Assembly: GCF_021028975.2 (NCBI RefSeq) | Contig: NC_059432.1 | Location: 91,140,001 to 91,204,000 of the forward strand | Source of the DNA: Sphaerodactylus townsendi | Lineage: Eukaryota | DNA length: 64,000 nucleotides | Reading direction: 5' to 3' | Shown here: piece after piece, positions 1 to 13,212 of the stretch | Position numbering within the stretch: the stretch's first letter is position 1 | How the letters are laid out: every line of letters begins with the position of its first letter | Made by a program: the position numbers and the translations under genes | Notes under the pieces: model-generated | What the model was told of the DNA's origin: nothing | Seen by the model: only the letters and a program-made list of their open reading frames with translations | The model's database searches: none

Positions 1-1751
1 GTAATACTTCTGTGGGTCAAAAAAGCAAGCTTGCATTTTGAGCCCCCCCGTTTCTTTAAGCATTAATGTCCGTTCTCGCCCGTGGGGATGAAAAGAAGGA
101 CTGCCGCACTGGATTATACAGTGCATTTACATTATAACAAGTTTACAGGGGCATCATAATTCACTGTGTGTTTTAACAGAAGTTTGGATTACTTCCAATT
201 CAATTTTCAGAAGTTGGAGTTTGCAGCTGGGTCACTCCTGGCATAATCTGCGAGATGTATCTGCTAAGGCTGTGAATTGGAACAGCCGCATCTGAGCTGT
301 CGCCTGTCACAAGGAGACATCATTTATGGCGCTTGAGGTCTGAGGGCAGAACATCAAAATCACTTTATGTGGACACAGAAACATAGCTAGCTTCATAAAT
401 TTTGTTGCAAGGAGCAATAATCAATACTTCATGTTTAATGACGCAAAACTGAAATTAGTATAGATTTTATGTCTTCTGCTCTTCCAAATTATGCAAACTT
501 TACTAGCCCCTTTTGTAGTGGTCCGGCTATAGCTTCCATAAAGAACATCCAATAATATTTAATTGAATGATTGAATGGCCGAGGAAAAAAAAAGTCACAG
601 ACATTTTTTGGTTAAGTCTTTACCCTTAGGTTAATATGAAATGATGTCAAATGCACACACAGTGATTTATGTAAGTCATGTAGGTTTTGTTACCTTTGGC
701 TATATAAAAAGTCAATTGTAAATTGTTTCCACATTCTAAATTACCTTATGTTGCTTTGGGATATTCCAAACACAAAATTGAATGCCAGAATGCTTTGGAA
801 TGAAAAAAAAATGGAATGAAAAGAATTGTCTTGTAGATTCAAGCACACTGTAAACAAGTAATTTTCAGGGAGTTTTCTGAGTTTCATACATGGCTGAGTA
901 TGAGAAAGAGACAGAGAGAGAGACTTTTTTGGGAAGAAAGCTGGCAATAAAAGATAGTTTTCATGACTGGATGTCTCCGTTTCTTAAATTGTTCAATAGC
1001 GGTGCTTAAAATAATCCTGCAGTGTTTCAGCCATTTTGCTGAAAGTGGACTTCAGATGTTGCCCACAGAAGGCGAAAAAGCTGGGAATCCTTTTCACACA
1101 TCTTGGCTTTATATGTAATACATCACTGAATAACAGATCAATGTTTCCACTGTTCATGGAAACCGAAAATTAAGTAATGCAAAGCTATGCATTCATCCTT
1201 AGGATTAAGATGTGGATCTAAACATCCTGCTTGTTCACAGCACATATTTTAGACTAACTTTGCACCTTCATAGAATGGGGGAATTTTTAGAACTGGTAAA
1301 TTTCAGATCATTTACCAGGTTGGGTTAAGGACTCCTTCTAAGCTCTCCTTTGCTCTCTGCAATGAAGACATTAAGTATGCTCAGGGCCCATATCGCACAT
1401 GTGAACTTTTGGAAGTGCATAATTTTTATTCATCCAGATTCCTTGACCAGAAGGAAAAGAAAACACAGTTCCCAAGTTCCCAAAAGGAAGCTGCCTTTAG
1501 CATGTCCAGAAGACATGGAAGTCATGGCTCCTCCTCCTCTTTCCTCCATACTCTTCCCTCAGCTATTGTGTGGCATGAATTTAGAGACCTTCTCACCAAA
1601 CAAGATGATAAGAGTTGACTAAAGAAGCCATTACATCTGGTTGCCCTGAGTAATTTATAACTGAATACAATATTGTAATTTGAACTCTTATCATTAGGGG
1701 ACATTTTCATAAGACTGTGATACCATGCAAAAACCAAACAGCCATCCAAAT

Positions 1752-1972
1752 GAAGAGTTGGATTTATACTCTGCTTTTCTCTACCGCGAGGAGTCTCAAA
1801 GCAGCTTACAACTCCTTCCCTTGCCCTTCCCACAAAAGACACCTTGTGATGTAGGTGGGGCTGTGAGAATTCTGAGAAAACTCTGACTAGCCCAAGGTGA
1901 CCTGCAGAGTGGGGAAACCAGTCCAGTAGACCGGAGTCTGATGCTCATGTGGAGGAGTGGGGAATTAACCAC
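1752..1972 (-). mobile_element. Squam3-type tRNA-derived SINE, degenerate
   Basis: Reverse complement of the 46110 copy (gaagagttggatttata... gtaggtggggctg... gactagcccaaggt). Confidence 0.8.
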
Positions 1973-2751
1973 TAAAGAAGCTGTTACAGTGAAAATGAAA
2001 AAGGGAAAACTTCCAGCGCATCTCGATTACTTCATAGAATAAAGGTGGAATTTAAAGAATATGCTAGAGTAATTCCACTTACATTGCTGCACTCTATGTC
2101 CATTACTGGAGAGGCTCAAACACAGATCAAGGCATCCAGTGAATAAATCCTACATGAACCCTTTATTTTAGGAGGCAGGGCGGTGGTATTCCTGTCGACA
2201 AACCAAGAACTCTGATTGATTTCCAGGTCAGCAGTGGTGCCATGTACAATGCAAATTTCCTCATTTTGTCTTTTTTAATTATCTTAACCTTGCTGACCTT
2301 GATGATTTTTTTTTTACTGTGCAAACCGGCAAACTAATTTGCTTGAAGTCTTGCTTAGCTCTGATTGGCTTTTGTTTTTACATTACACTCTAAAGTTAAT
2401 GAGCTAAAGGAAGACATAAAGCAATGCCTTAGCTTCTTAAATTGCCTTCAAGTCCACCACATGTTAAATTAAGATATGATTGATGCACAAAAATGGACCA
2501 GAAGATATATTAAGCTGAAGATGATGTGTTTGCTTTCTAGTCTCTTTTGCTGTTTTGATTTTTTTTTGGCTTGAATTACATTATGTTATGTTAAATCTGA
2601 GACTAGAACATGCGTAATGATAAGTATGCCAACAAAGGTCCCTTGACTCTGAAATATGGTTTCCCCAAGGATAGGTAATCACTTCTGAAGGTCTTCTCTT
2701 TCAGATCCTTACCATAGAACTGCCTCAACTTTGCTCACAGTTTGTCTCTTG

Positions 2752-2892
2752 GGCTCATTCCCCACATGCAGAATAATGCATTTTCAAATTGCTTTCAGTG
2801 CTCTTTGAAGCTGTGCGGAATAGCAAAATCCACTTTCAAACAGTTGTGAAAGTGGTTTGAAAACACATTATTTTGCGTGTGTGGAAGGGGCC
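2752..2892. mobile_element. 141-bp palindromic PIF/Harbinger-type MITE (family A)
   Basis: Termini ggctcattccccacatgcagaataatgc ... ttattttgcgtgtgtggaaggggcc; 3-bp TSD TTG/TTG; near-identical copy at 34046. Confidence 0.85.
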
Positions 2893-3734
2893 TTGGTTTT
2901 CTTTCACTGTGCCAGCCTGGTCCTATTATTCAATTATTTTAAACATTTAGAAGTCTGCCTTTTTACCAAGCAACTGGGACCCTAGGTGGGTCATAGATTG
3001 AAAACTATATGCATGACAAAAAGTTCTAAAAAACCAAAATGATTGAATCTATTAAAACTGCCAACAGAAACCTTATAAAAACACCACAGAAAGGAAGTGG
3101 TTAAAGTTAACTATAAAATACTGCACAAAATTGGAATTTGTCATTATTAACTTGATTAGAGATTCTCTCTTTGGACTCAATCTTGGAAATTAAACAGATA
3201 GAAATGTACGTTAAAAGATATTAAAGATATATAATTTTTCATTTAGGGCAATATTTGTCATATGGTATCTTTAGGATTCAAAATGTATATGAGAATTCAG
3301 AGTTACTCATGAGAAAGTGTTTCATTATATAAAATACCATCACTTAAAACTGTTAGCAAACTGGTGATTTGTGTTATTTGGTACACGGCTGGGTTATATT
3401 GGAAAACCTGGAGGTGGGCAACTCTACATGCCAACCTGAGGGAAACAAACCCACTTACACCAACTCAGTCCCAAAGGTTTTGCACTCTGCTCAGATACTC
3501 AGCCTGGGCCGTTGCTCCTCGCTCCCCAGTGTCAGTTTTTAGACCTTATAATGAATTTCGTATCGTCACCCACTTCTAATTTAGAATGCAGGGAGTTAAG
3601 CTGATGCTAAAAATTCAGTGATGGAAACCAGGCTTAAGGGCTTATCTTTTGTATGCTATCTTTTAGAACTAATTTTGTCCCCTGTTACCAAGAGCATTTT
3701 AATCCTCTTAAAGGTGGATTTAAAATAAAACCAC

Positions 3735-4146
3735 CACCATCCCAATCCCTCGTATCATTTGCCACGTAGGCTTGCCTTCCTTTTGGTTAATGAGGGTAGT
3801 AGGACTGTCATGTTCAACCACTCCTTTGAGTATGATTCATTGGCAGGATGCTGGGAAAGGAGAGCCCAAAGATCTGCCTTACTGAAAATCTTTTTCGCAA
3901 ACTTTCTGCCACTAACTCTTACTAATTGGCTGCACGATTCGAGTTTTATTCTGTAGAGTTGTTCCCTCAGTTATGCCTTTTACTTGACCAATGTTTTAAT
4001 TGTAATGTTTATGTCTCTGTACATATTTGTTTTCATTATGTATGAGTTTGGGGGGGGGGGGGGGGGGTTTTTGCCTAAAAAGGTTAGCTGCTTTGGTGGC
4101 CTTAGCGAGGGGAAAGGTGCAGTATACATTTTTGTAAAAATAAATT
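3735..4146 (+). mobile_element. Old L2-like LINE 3' fragment with poly-G (4049-4067)
   Basis: L2-like tail gttagctgctttggtggcc...ggggaaagg...tatacatttttgtaaaaataaat. Boundaries approximate. Confidence 0.45.
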
Positions 4147-4579
4147 AAAAAGTAGAAATGATAGCACTTTGGGGCTAGAATCTCACAGCCCTTGCGTGCT
4201 TGAGTGCTGAAATCATAAGAACACTGGACATTTTTTATTTTTCATCTTATTTTACTCAGATTAGCAAGGTGTTACCTGCTCGTTACTTTTACTGCTTTTG
4301 CGTATGGTTAGCTGCTCTATACCTGTTCTCACTTCTCAAATGCACAGGATTGCACTTTCACTGTGTGACTTTGGACCCATAATATTTCTTACTACTTAAT
4401 CTCACAGGTATCTTGTTAAGATAATGGGGAAGATGATGGTAGGCTGTCCTGAGTTCCTCCAAGCAATAGCAGGTTTATCCTATTATATAAAAGGTTTTCC
4501 AGGGTGGCGACAACTCACTACCAGCCAATCACCATGCACCATGGCTTGGGGACGGGACTAAAATAGTTAAAGGATTTTA

Positions 4580-4745
4580 ATTAATTTATTTTATTTATAA
4601 TCAATTTTATATACTGCTCCTCCCCCAAAGGGCTCTGGGCGGTGAACATCATAAAACCAAACAATCACATTAAAACCCAGTTAAAACAGTGAATGAAACA
4701 AATTTAAGTTTAAACAAAGATAGTTTAAAATAGTTTAAAAACACA
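4580..4745 (-). mobile_element. L2-like 3' tail
   Basis: ttatttat...tatactgctcctcccccaaagggctctgggcggtgaaca resembles the reverse complement of the L2 tail near 8240-8290. Confidence 0.55.
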
Positions 4746-5222
4746 AACAAATCAGCTGAATGTGGTGGTTAGTTACTCCTGTGCTCACCTTTCTCCCCAA
4801 CTTCTGAATAATTACAGTCACTGTACCACCTTGCAGCTGTCTGAGGAGGTGCAGGCACTGGTCGCTCCCCTTGGGAGGGTCATGACTGCAGGTGGCTTCA
4901 ACAACTCTGTTAACTGTTGCATGGCAATAAAGGTATCTGGGAAGATAAGCAGGTGTCCAGGAACAAAAGGAGGAGGAGAAGGAAACTGGTGACATGGGGT
5001 TGAGGGGGGAGGAAAGGCAAGAGGGGTGGCCTCCATTAATGCTTGCATTCAGATTCAAGTATCTGGGAAGAAGAGGAGGACAAAGAGGGAGCTAGTAGAT
5101 GCATGGCCAAGGGGGTAGGAAAGGCAGGAAGGGTTGGCCCCCTAAGTGAGCTCTGTTAAGCCACCACCAATTTTCTAGATCCTGTTGTATTTGTTTGTAC
5201 AATGGGCTTCACTGTTAGTAAA

Positions 5223-5369
5223 CAGCGGCATAGTGCCCATGGGGAGGGGGCATGGCCAGGCCACTGAGGGGGTGTGGCATGGGCGTTCCAGGGTGGGACA
5301 GGTGGCACCACAGCTGGAGCGCGGGGCACTCGCGCACTCTGGGTGCAGTTTCCCCTCGCTCCACCTCTG
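5223..5369. mobile_element. hAT-type MITE (147 bp)
   Basis: Termini CAGCGGCATAG / CTCCACCTCTG; perfect 8-bp TSD TTAGTAAA; related inverted copy at 58576. Confidence 0.85.
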
Positions 5370-5925
5370 TTAGTAAATAAATATTTTTAAGGCCATGTTG
5401 ATGTCTCGTTTAGACAAAATGTGGTGACACTTCTGAGTGCATGGGGAGTGAGTCAATGAGTCACCTATGATATCATTATGTTGCCTGTAGGGTTCCCTAT
5501 TGGCATGCAGACCCATAGCAAGATGGAGGGGGGCATTTTCTAAAATAAAAGTTCCCTTCCCTACTTGCGTCACCCAACAACATCTGAACAGCAGAAACAA
5601 CAGAACCAATCTCTGAATATCCATATCAGTTGTGCCTAACCAAAGCGAAAGAGCAGGCTGGCAGCTCTTTTTCATAGCAACTGTCATGACAAAACAGAGA
5701 CCATGGCTTCTAGTTGTGGCTGGCAGAGCAACTAGATCAAAGAACCTCATTCCCCACAGTCAAACAATGAAATCTTTTCAGTATATATAGTGGAAACAGT
5801 ATCCCCAACTCTCTATAGCTACTGGGCTTGCCCATCCTTCTGAATGCCTTATATCACAGTTTAATGAAAAATAATTAGCAAGTAGAGCTCAAATGTTGAC
5901 TTTTTCTCTTTTTGTCTCACTTCAG

Positions 5926-5990
5926 GAAGAACTCAAAAGACTGCAGCGTACCTTGGAGCAGATCAGTGATGGGAAATATTTACTGGAAAA
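5926..5990 (+). CDS. IQCJ: IQCJ / IQCJ-SCHIP1 coding exon 2 (65 nt, phase 0 in, phase 2 out)
   Basis: Polypyrimidine tract + ttcag acceptor, gtgagt donor. Encodes EELKRLQRTLEQISDGKYLLE(N), matching recalled human IQCJ [22 protein letters not shown]. Confidence 0.96.
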
Positions 5991-6432
5991 GTGAGTATTA
6001 AAGTTTGTGGATTGCCAAGCTAATGGCTTGCAGAGATTTTAATAGGTGCTGTAAGCTTTGGGCCATTTAACCAGTAGATTAACCAACTAATAGGACTTTA
6101 GCTGGTTAATCCTTAGGTTGGCCTGGAGCAAAACAGCTAGCTCTAACTGCAAGATTGCCTCTCCCAATATAACCCCCTAATAGCACTCAGCTCAGTGAAT
6201 AACAACTTGCTGTGGTCCCTGGCCTGAAAGCTATCTGGCTGCCCTTGGACAAAGCTCTAGCTCCAGACTAGGTGGAATGTTCTGTCGAATGGGACCAGGA
6301 CCCTGCGGCATCTTTCACAGTTCAACAGGGCATGTAAGATGGAGCTATTCAGCTAGGCCTATGGCTGAGGACAGCAACAGTTATATCTATCAGTAGCTGA
6401 CCTGCTTTTCACTTTCCTTTCCTTTTCTCTAA

Positions 6433-6799
6433 GGCCCTTTCCACACGGGCGGAATACAGTGCCCTAGGGATGGCAAAAACACAGTCCGCTGTTCCCGTTG
6501 CCTCCACTGACCTTCCTGTCCAGCGTCGCTCTGGAGGGCTGCAGAGATTCGCCCACACTGTCCTCTGACCCCTGGAGGTCGGAGGGCAGCGTGGGCGGGT
6601 CCCTGCAGCCCTCCAGAGTGATGCTGGACAGGAAGGTCAGTGGAGGGGGCCGAATGAGAGTGGCTCCATGCAGAGCCGCCCCTCCAGCTGGGGGGAAAGT
6701 TGAGGCCTCTCGCACGATAACATGCGAACGGTCCCCGAGCCTCCACCAGCACAATTCATGCAGGTGGGGCTGCGTTTCCGCACGTGGGTGGAAACAGCC
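6433..6799. mobile_element. PIF/Harbinger-type non-autonomous element with internal ~140-bp hairpin
   Basis: TIRs GGCCCTTTCCAC / GTGGAAACAGCC, TSD TAA/TAA. The internal inverted repeat at ~6502-6644 is shared with the 20538 element. Confidence 0.85.
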
Positions 6800-7206
6800 T
6801 AACATTTAAGATCATAGCTATATCTTAAATTAAATTGGACTAGTCCATCCTTCTGGATTAACTTTTTTAAGGTACCATGTCTGACTTTTTTAATGTTACT
6901 TTGTGTGATTTTACACCCACCCTCATTGCTATGTATGCGACGGGAAGCATTTTTGTGAGAATCAGGTTTTAAATCTAATGTTACTGAATCTTTTATTGTT
7001 GGTTTTAACTGTTTAATTTATTTTGTTCTTCACCACGCTGAACCTGTTTGACAGGGACAGTGGTTTAGAAACCAAATAAATCTAATCTAATGTTGTAAAC
7101 CTCTCCAAGTCCATGTAAGGACGAGGGGGGGGGGGAGTTGCATAAGGACCACATCCATTTGATATATTCTTCAGGAATATGGTCCAGTGGTGTACTTTGT
7201 AGTTAA

Positions 7207-7445
7207 AGCCAGCATGGTGTAGTGGATAAGAATGATGGGCTCTAACCTGGAGAACTGGGTTTGGTTCCCCACTGCTGGGTAACCTTGGGCTAGTTAGGGC
7301 TAGTTACTGCCCTTTGGAATTCTCTCAGCCCCAACTGCCTCACAAGGTGTATGTTGTGGGGAGAGGAAGGGAAAGGAGTTTTTAGACCTTGAATCTCTTT
7401 GCAGGAGAGAAATGCGAGGTATAAATCCAAATCCTTCTTCCTATT
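7207..7445 (+). mobile_element. Squam3-type SINE
   Basis: gccagcatggtgtagtgg tRNA-like head, ctctcagcccca body, ataaatccaaatccttcttc tail. Confidence 0.85.
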
Positions 7446-7612
7446 TTTCTTCATCAGAAGGTCCGTTGAGGAAGTCCACAAGAGGACTGGCAATTCCTAG
7501 TCTGAGTGAGGCACGTTTGAGAGCAAGAAGCTGGAACTTGTTCCATTTTAAGTGGCAAGATAGTTCATGATTACTATAGAAATGTCATTGCAGAATAGAT
7601 TCTAATGGATAA

Positions 7613-7708
<96 letters not shown>

Positions 7709-7824
7709 TAAGTTATCTAAAGTAGATTTGTTTATGTTTGCTTTAGAAATATAGCAATGTTGTTCTGAAGAGATGTGGCCTTGAATTTTTAAGTTATCTG
7801 TATGCTTCTTCCATGTATGCTTCT

Positions 7825-8292
7825 TCCTTGGGCTTGCATACTTGAGGGTCTGCGTCTCCCCATATTGCCCCATTAGGACCCTCCAATCTTTGGAGGAATA
7901 CCTATTAGAGGTCCCTGGCCCAAAACACATCTGGTTGGCTCTACTAGGGCCAGGGCCTTTATGGTCCTGGCCCCCCTCTGGTAGAACAGGCTCCCCAAAG
8001 AGACCAGGACTCTGCGGGACTTGTTGAGTTTCCGCAGGGCCTGCAAAATGGACCTGTTCCGCCAGGCATTTGTTCAGCCGGGTTGAGAGTGATTCCATCA
8101 TCCAGGTCTCTGGTGGGCTGAGTTTGGGGGAAGGGTTTGTTGCCATCTGAATTATCTGGTTTTAAAATCTAACTTAAATATGGATTGTTATGGTTTTTAA
8201 TAATGTTTTTATTGTATGTAATTTTTATACCCTATGTTGTTTGCTGCCCTGAGCCCTCCGGGGGAGGGCGGCCTATAAGTTTGAAGAATAAT
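7825..8292 (+). mobile_element. L2 LINE 3' end (ORF2 C-terminus remnant + tail)
   Basis: Broken translation YLRVCVSPYCPIRTLQS...RARAF...W*NRLP...FRRACKMDLFRQAF is typical of the L2 ORF2 end; tail gctgccctgagccc...ggggagggcgg. Confidence 0.85.
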
Positions 8293-8844
8293 TTTTTTTT
8301 AAGGGTTCAGAACCATCCAATGGAACATTGGGTTGGATCCAGACTAAATTGGTAGTTTCAACCAATTTCATTCTTCCCATTGCAACTCTCCCCCCCCCCC
8401 CCACTCACCACCCATCCATATAATTCCTCAGGGTCTCTTATCCCCAGGAGCAGCATTTTACGGGGATCAGTGGGCTGTAATGGGAAAGAGGCAGGAAAAT
8501 TCAACTGCTCTCCAACTCACTGTAATGACAGTATATTTGACTCATCCACATTTCATAAACTAAGATCACCATGAATGGTAACTGCAATACAAAATCTGAG
8601 GAGCACATTTCACATATTCCAGCCTTGAAGCCGCTTATGAAATTCCAGAGGGAGAACGAGAACAGAATGAATATTATACTTAATTTCCTTTTGCGCGTTG
8701 GCTTCAAGTCATTGTTATAGCTTTACTCGTTGTCAAGAGGATAATTTGATATTTGGAAGCTTCTTTGCCTTCATAGAGATTACTGTAGAAATGACAATTC
8801 GGGGACTTTGGATCATTTATCTGTAACCACTTAAAGCAAAATGA

Positions 8845-9051
8845 GTTCTGACCTGGATGGCCCATTCTAACCTGAGCTCATCAGATTTCAGAAGCTAAGT
8901 AGGATCGAGTCTGGTTAGTACTTGGGTGGGAGACCAGGTGGTCATGCTGAGGAAGGTAATGGCAAACCACCTCTGTCAGTTTCTTGCCTTGAAACCTCTA
9001 CTAGGCTGTCATAAATCAGATGTGATTTGACAGCGCTTAACACACACACAC
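8845..9051 (+). mobile_element. 5S rRNA-headed SINE with RTE/BovB-like 3' end and (CA)n tail
   Basis: 8871-8935 matches the 5S rRNA internal segment (gaagctaagtagg...ctggttagtacttgggtgggagacc), followed by aatggcaaaccacctctg...ttgacagcgc(AC)n. ~12-bp TSD aaagcaaaatga / aaaacaaaatga. Confidence 0.8.
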
Positions 9052-9823
9052 AAAACAAAATGAATAATTAGAGTCGTCATATTTCTTGAAACCTATCAAT
9101 GGTGTCTGCCAACTTGTTTGTATTGCATAGTTCCTGATAAAGTTGAGAGTCCAATTTTTAAAGCAAATGGGCTTCATAGGTGAAAGGAGTCAAACCTTTC
9201 TTGTGTCCATCACTTCTCCTTCTGTAGCTTCTTCCTACCCTGCTGAGAACTGCTATCCATATCAAGTTCCAGTATCGGATGCTATCCAACAGCCCAATGG
9301 GAGTGAAGGAGAAATGGGGCAGGCATACGGTTGAGTTGTGGATGAGGGAAAGTTTACCATTTCCACCATCTCTAAATGTAAAAGTTGCAGGTCGTTGTAC
9401 TGTGAAGCTGGAATGTCAGTGTGGCTTTTCGAGGACTTGATTTGCCTAGCCAACTTTTTCATTACTGAAGTGAGTTCAACTTCCAGCTAAAGAAAGATGC
9501 AGCGAAAGCATTTTAGAGAATATTAAAATATTAATAGAATATTTAAAGCATTGTAAGTTTTAATTAAGACTGAGCGTGTGTCTGTTAGTGTGGAAAATAT
9601 TAGCAGACGAACTATTTTTCTTGAGGGTTTGCTAGGAGGTGGTGGTATTCGTTTGGGATTCCAAATCCTTTTTATTGCTTCTACTACTGCTAACTAGTAA
9701 GAGTGGAAATCGGTTCTACACCAAATAAATCAGAACATCTTTTAACTATGCTTTTAAAAATAATATGCAGATATTGAGGGTTTAGTGGTTGGTGTGATGA
9801 TTTTGTGTAGTAAGAATGCACTT

Positions 9824-10280
9824 TAGGCTTACCAGATTACTTGCTCTGGCAGGGAATCCTTTATCTCCACCTCCCAGCATCCACCACCACTCTTTACTCC
9901 TGTGGGAGCAAAGGGGGGTGAAGGGGCTGGGAAACAACATCACAGTGTTCTAGGAATACCTGAAATCAATGTGTTTTTTACCATAGAGACCAGGGAATCC
10001 CTACAGCCGTGGTGGCGAACCTTTGGCACTTCAGATGTTATGGACTACAATTCCCATTAGCCCCTGCCAGCATGGCCAATTGGCATTTGGCCAATTTGGC
10101 CAATTGGCCATGCTGGCAGGGGCTGATGGGAATTGTAGTCCATAACATCTGGAGTGCCAAAGGTTCGCCACCACTGCCCTACAGCATTGTGACGTTACTT
10201 GCTGCTACAGCCAGAAATGACATTGCTCCACCCACTGTTTTTGCTCCCATTGGAATGAAGAGACCAGCTGGCAGCCTTAG
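9824..10280. mobile_element. Old TAGGGTTGCCA-terminus DNA element, interrupted by a hAT MITE
   Basis: taggcttaccag ... ctggcagcctta termini. The internal accatagag motif recurs near 48600, 61800 and 63130. Confidence 0.5.
10007..10176. mobile_element. Fully palindromic hAT (Charlie-like) MITE, 170 bp
   Basis: C(C/A)GTGGTGGCGAACCTTTGGCAC ... GTGCCAAAGGTTCGCCACCACTG; perfect 8-bp TSD CCCTACAG. Confidence 0.92.
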
Positions 10281-11149
10281 TTCACCTAGTTATCTCTATT
10301 GGATAGAGTAAAAGACTGGCCATATCAGGAGAGTGTGGGTCTTTCAGTGGGTTTGCAAAACTCCAAGTAGGAACTGCATGTGCAATTGTACAGATTGTAG
10401 CAGTTGGGTATCCAGTCCCAGCCTGAAAGCACCTAGTTAACATCCAAGATGCCACTTGTAAGCTTTAACTAGCCTTATAAAACTGACTGTTTGCTGCTAC
10501 CAGCCCAGAGTGTCAAGATTTACTAAATGACTTGGAGGAATGTGGTTTGTTTCAGGTTCACAAGCCTACTTTGTGCTATTAAATTGGTGTGAGAAACAGA
10601 AAGTTGTTAAAGTACAGCCTAAGATGTCCTTTGGGGATGAGTTTGGGCTGTGGAAGACCTTCTTGTTTCCTCTGTGAATGTTGATAAATTATCAGTAATA
10701 GGTTTATCATTACTACAAATCCAAGAACAGGTTTGAAAACAAAGTCTAGAATTGCTAGAGAAATCAGTAGAACATATGGAATAACACAGTAGAACTTCTG
10801 ACTCCAAAGTATAATATAGTTGATGCTCTATCAATGAGTAGATTCTAATTAGAAAAAAATATTCAAAATTTGTGGATTTATTTTTCAATGTTGTTTTGGA
10901 AGAAGCCTTGTGTTATATGCAGCATGTGAGAAGCAGCCCATACAGTGTCTGGGGGGAAATCCAATCAGCATCCTAGTAGTGGGCACATGACTTGCCAGGA
11001 TGTTGTGGGCTGTCACTGAATGTTTCTTTTTTTACCTTCTGAAGTCATGCCTTACTCCCCACTCCTTTCACAATATGTTGGAAAAGACAAAGTAATTGCC
11101 ATGGATCAGTGCCGAAGCTGGGTAGGAGTGCCCCCGGGGCTCACTCTAT

Positions 11150-11610
11150 GTTTTAAGGTGAAGCTGAGAGAGTTCTGAAGAACTGTGACTGGCCCAAGGT
11201 CACCCAGCAGGCTTCATGTGTGGGAAAACAGATCCAGTTCACCAGATAAGGGTCCACCAGTCATGTGGAGGAGTGGGGAATAAAACCTAGTTCTCCAGNN
11301 NNNNNNNNNNNNNNNNNNNNNNNNNNNNNNNNNNNNNNNNNNNNNNNNNNNNNNNNNNNNNNNNNNNNNNNNNNNNNNNNNNNNNNNNNNNNNNNNNNNN
11401 NNNNNNNNNNNNNNNNNNNNNNNNNNNNNNNNNNNNNNNNNNNNNNNNNNNNNNNNNNNNNNNNNNNNNNNNNNNNNNNNNNNNNNNNNNNNNNNNNNNN
11501 NNNNNNNNNNNNNNNNNNNNNNNNNNNNNNNNNNNNNNNNNNNNNNNNNNNNNNNNNGCCCTCTCCCCAGAGGGCTCTGGGGCACTTCTTAACCACCACA
11601 CCATGCTGGC
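11150..11610 (-). mobile_element. Squam3-type SINE spanning an assembly gap
   Basis: ctgtgactggcccaaggtcacccagc before the gap; cttaaccaccacaccatgctggct (head, minus strand) after it. Confidence 0.7.
11299..11557. other. Assembly gap (N run)
   Basis: Contiguous Ns. Confidence 1.
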
Positions 11611-11957
11611 TGTCAACACAATGCATTCATTTCAACAATATGTTTTGTATTCACTTCCTTGTATTCACTACAGTGATTTCCAGAAGTTCAGCCCAACTTA
11701 AAACATTACACTGTTTTATACTGCCATCTGGTGTCAAAACAGCGGCATACAGATGAGGCCAAGGATATAATTTCTGAACCTGGTGGTTGGATTTTGTGTA
11801 CGCAGGTATCTTTTAAATAGGTTTTACAGGTAAAGTTCAAAAGGGACATGTGAAATTATCTGAAACTTGAAAGATGCCATTTTGCACAACATTAAATATG
11901 GGCACAATCTGATTTCTGTTCTAGGCTGCATCCCTGGTAAGTTCATGTTGGAGAGAC

Positions 11958-12130
11958 ATATTAGAAACGTAGAGCTGGAAGAGACCTTGAGGGCCATTTA
12001 TTTCAACCCCCTGCACAAGGGAGGAAATTCAGTTACCTCCCCCACTGCTCCCTCAGTGACTTCTGCTGTAGGCCCAGAGGAAGGCAAAACACCTCCCGAT
12101 CCCTGGCCAATCTGGCCTGGAGAAAAATGT
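11958..12130 (-). mobile_element. CR1-type 3' end fragment
   Basis: tagagctggaagagaccttgagggccatttatttcaaccccctgcaca resembles the reverse complement of a CR1 3' terminus. Confidence 0.6.
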
Positions 12131-12175
12131 CTTTCTCAGCTCAAAGTGGTGATTAGCATTATCATGGGTGTATAA

Positions 12176-12598
<423 letters not shown>

Positions 12599-13212
12599 TG
12601 AGCAATAACGTGAGGTTAGGAACATTTATTCCTGAGTACCGGGCACCTTGCTCTTGCCTGCTTGTTGTGTTACCAGTGTTTCAGTTTGGATGAGCTTCCT
12701 CCCTGTCTGTTGTTGTGACTCTCAAATGATCCCACCATATTGAATGCCAAGCTACAAGTAGCTATGTCACAGAATGTCCATAAGCAGCATGATTTGTTTC
12801 AGCGTCTTAATCCATACCAGCCAGATCTCTCCTTACGTTGGTTAAAATAAATAATTGAAGGCCTTTTTGTGGGAATGGAAGGTCAAATGTGGAAGCAGGT
12901 GGTGCCACTGACTATATCATGTTATGTGAAACTATTGTGCATATGTTTACATTAACAACAATGTGTAAACGTAAACTTTTGGCATGTGTGTCTTAAACTA
13001 TTGTTTGCAAGTCTGAGTTTACAGACATAGGGACTATAAAACCAGGAAATGATCTGTGTGTATGAAGCTATTGTTGCAGATCTGTAGCCCAGAGCGTGCT
13101 TTGACTCTTCAAACAATCATTGTCAATAGAACAATTCAGATATTGAGGCATAAGTAACAAAATGGTGAGATGCTTAGTTAAGCACATGCAAGTGAAAGTT
13201 AGCTGTGACTAA

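Noticed and set aside
8871-8935. 5S rRNA gene
   Set aside because: Partial, diverged and fused to a retroposon tail with a TSD, so a SINE head rather than a gene.
10007-10176. Pre-miRNA-like long hairpins (also family-A elements and 32244)
   Set aside because: Explained as palindromic MITEs, several with TSDs; no evidence of processing available.
11214-11756. Long ORFs in the ORF track (also 28659-28875)
   Set aside because: Artefacts of translating through N gaps.
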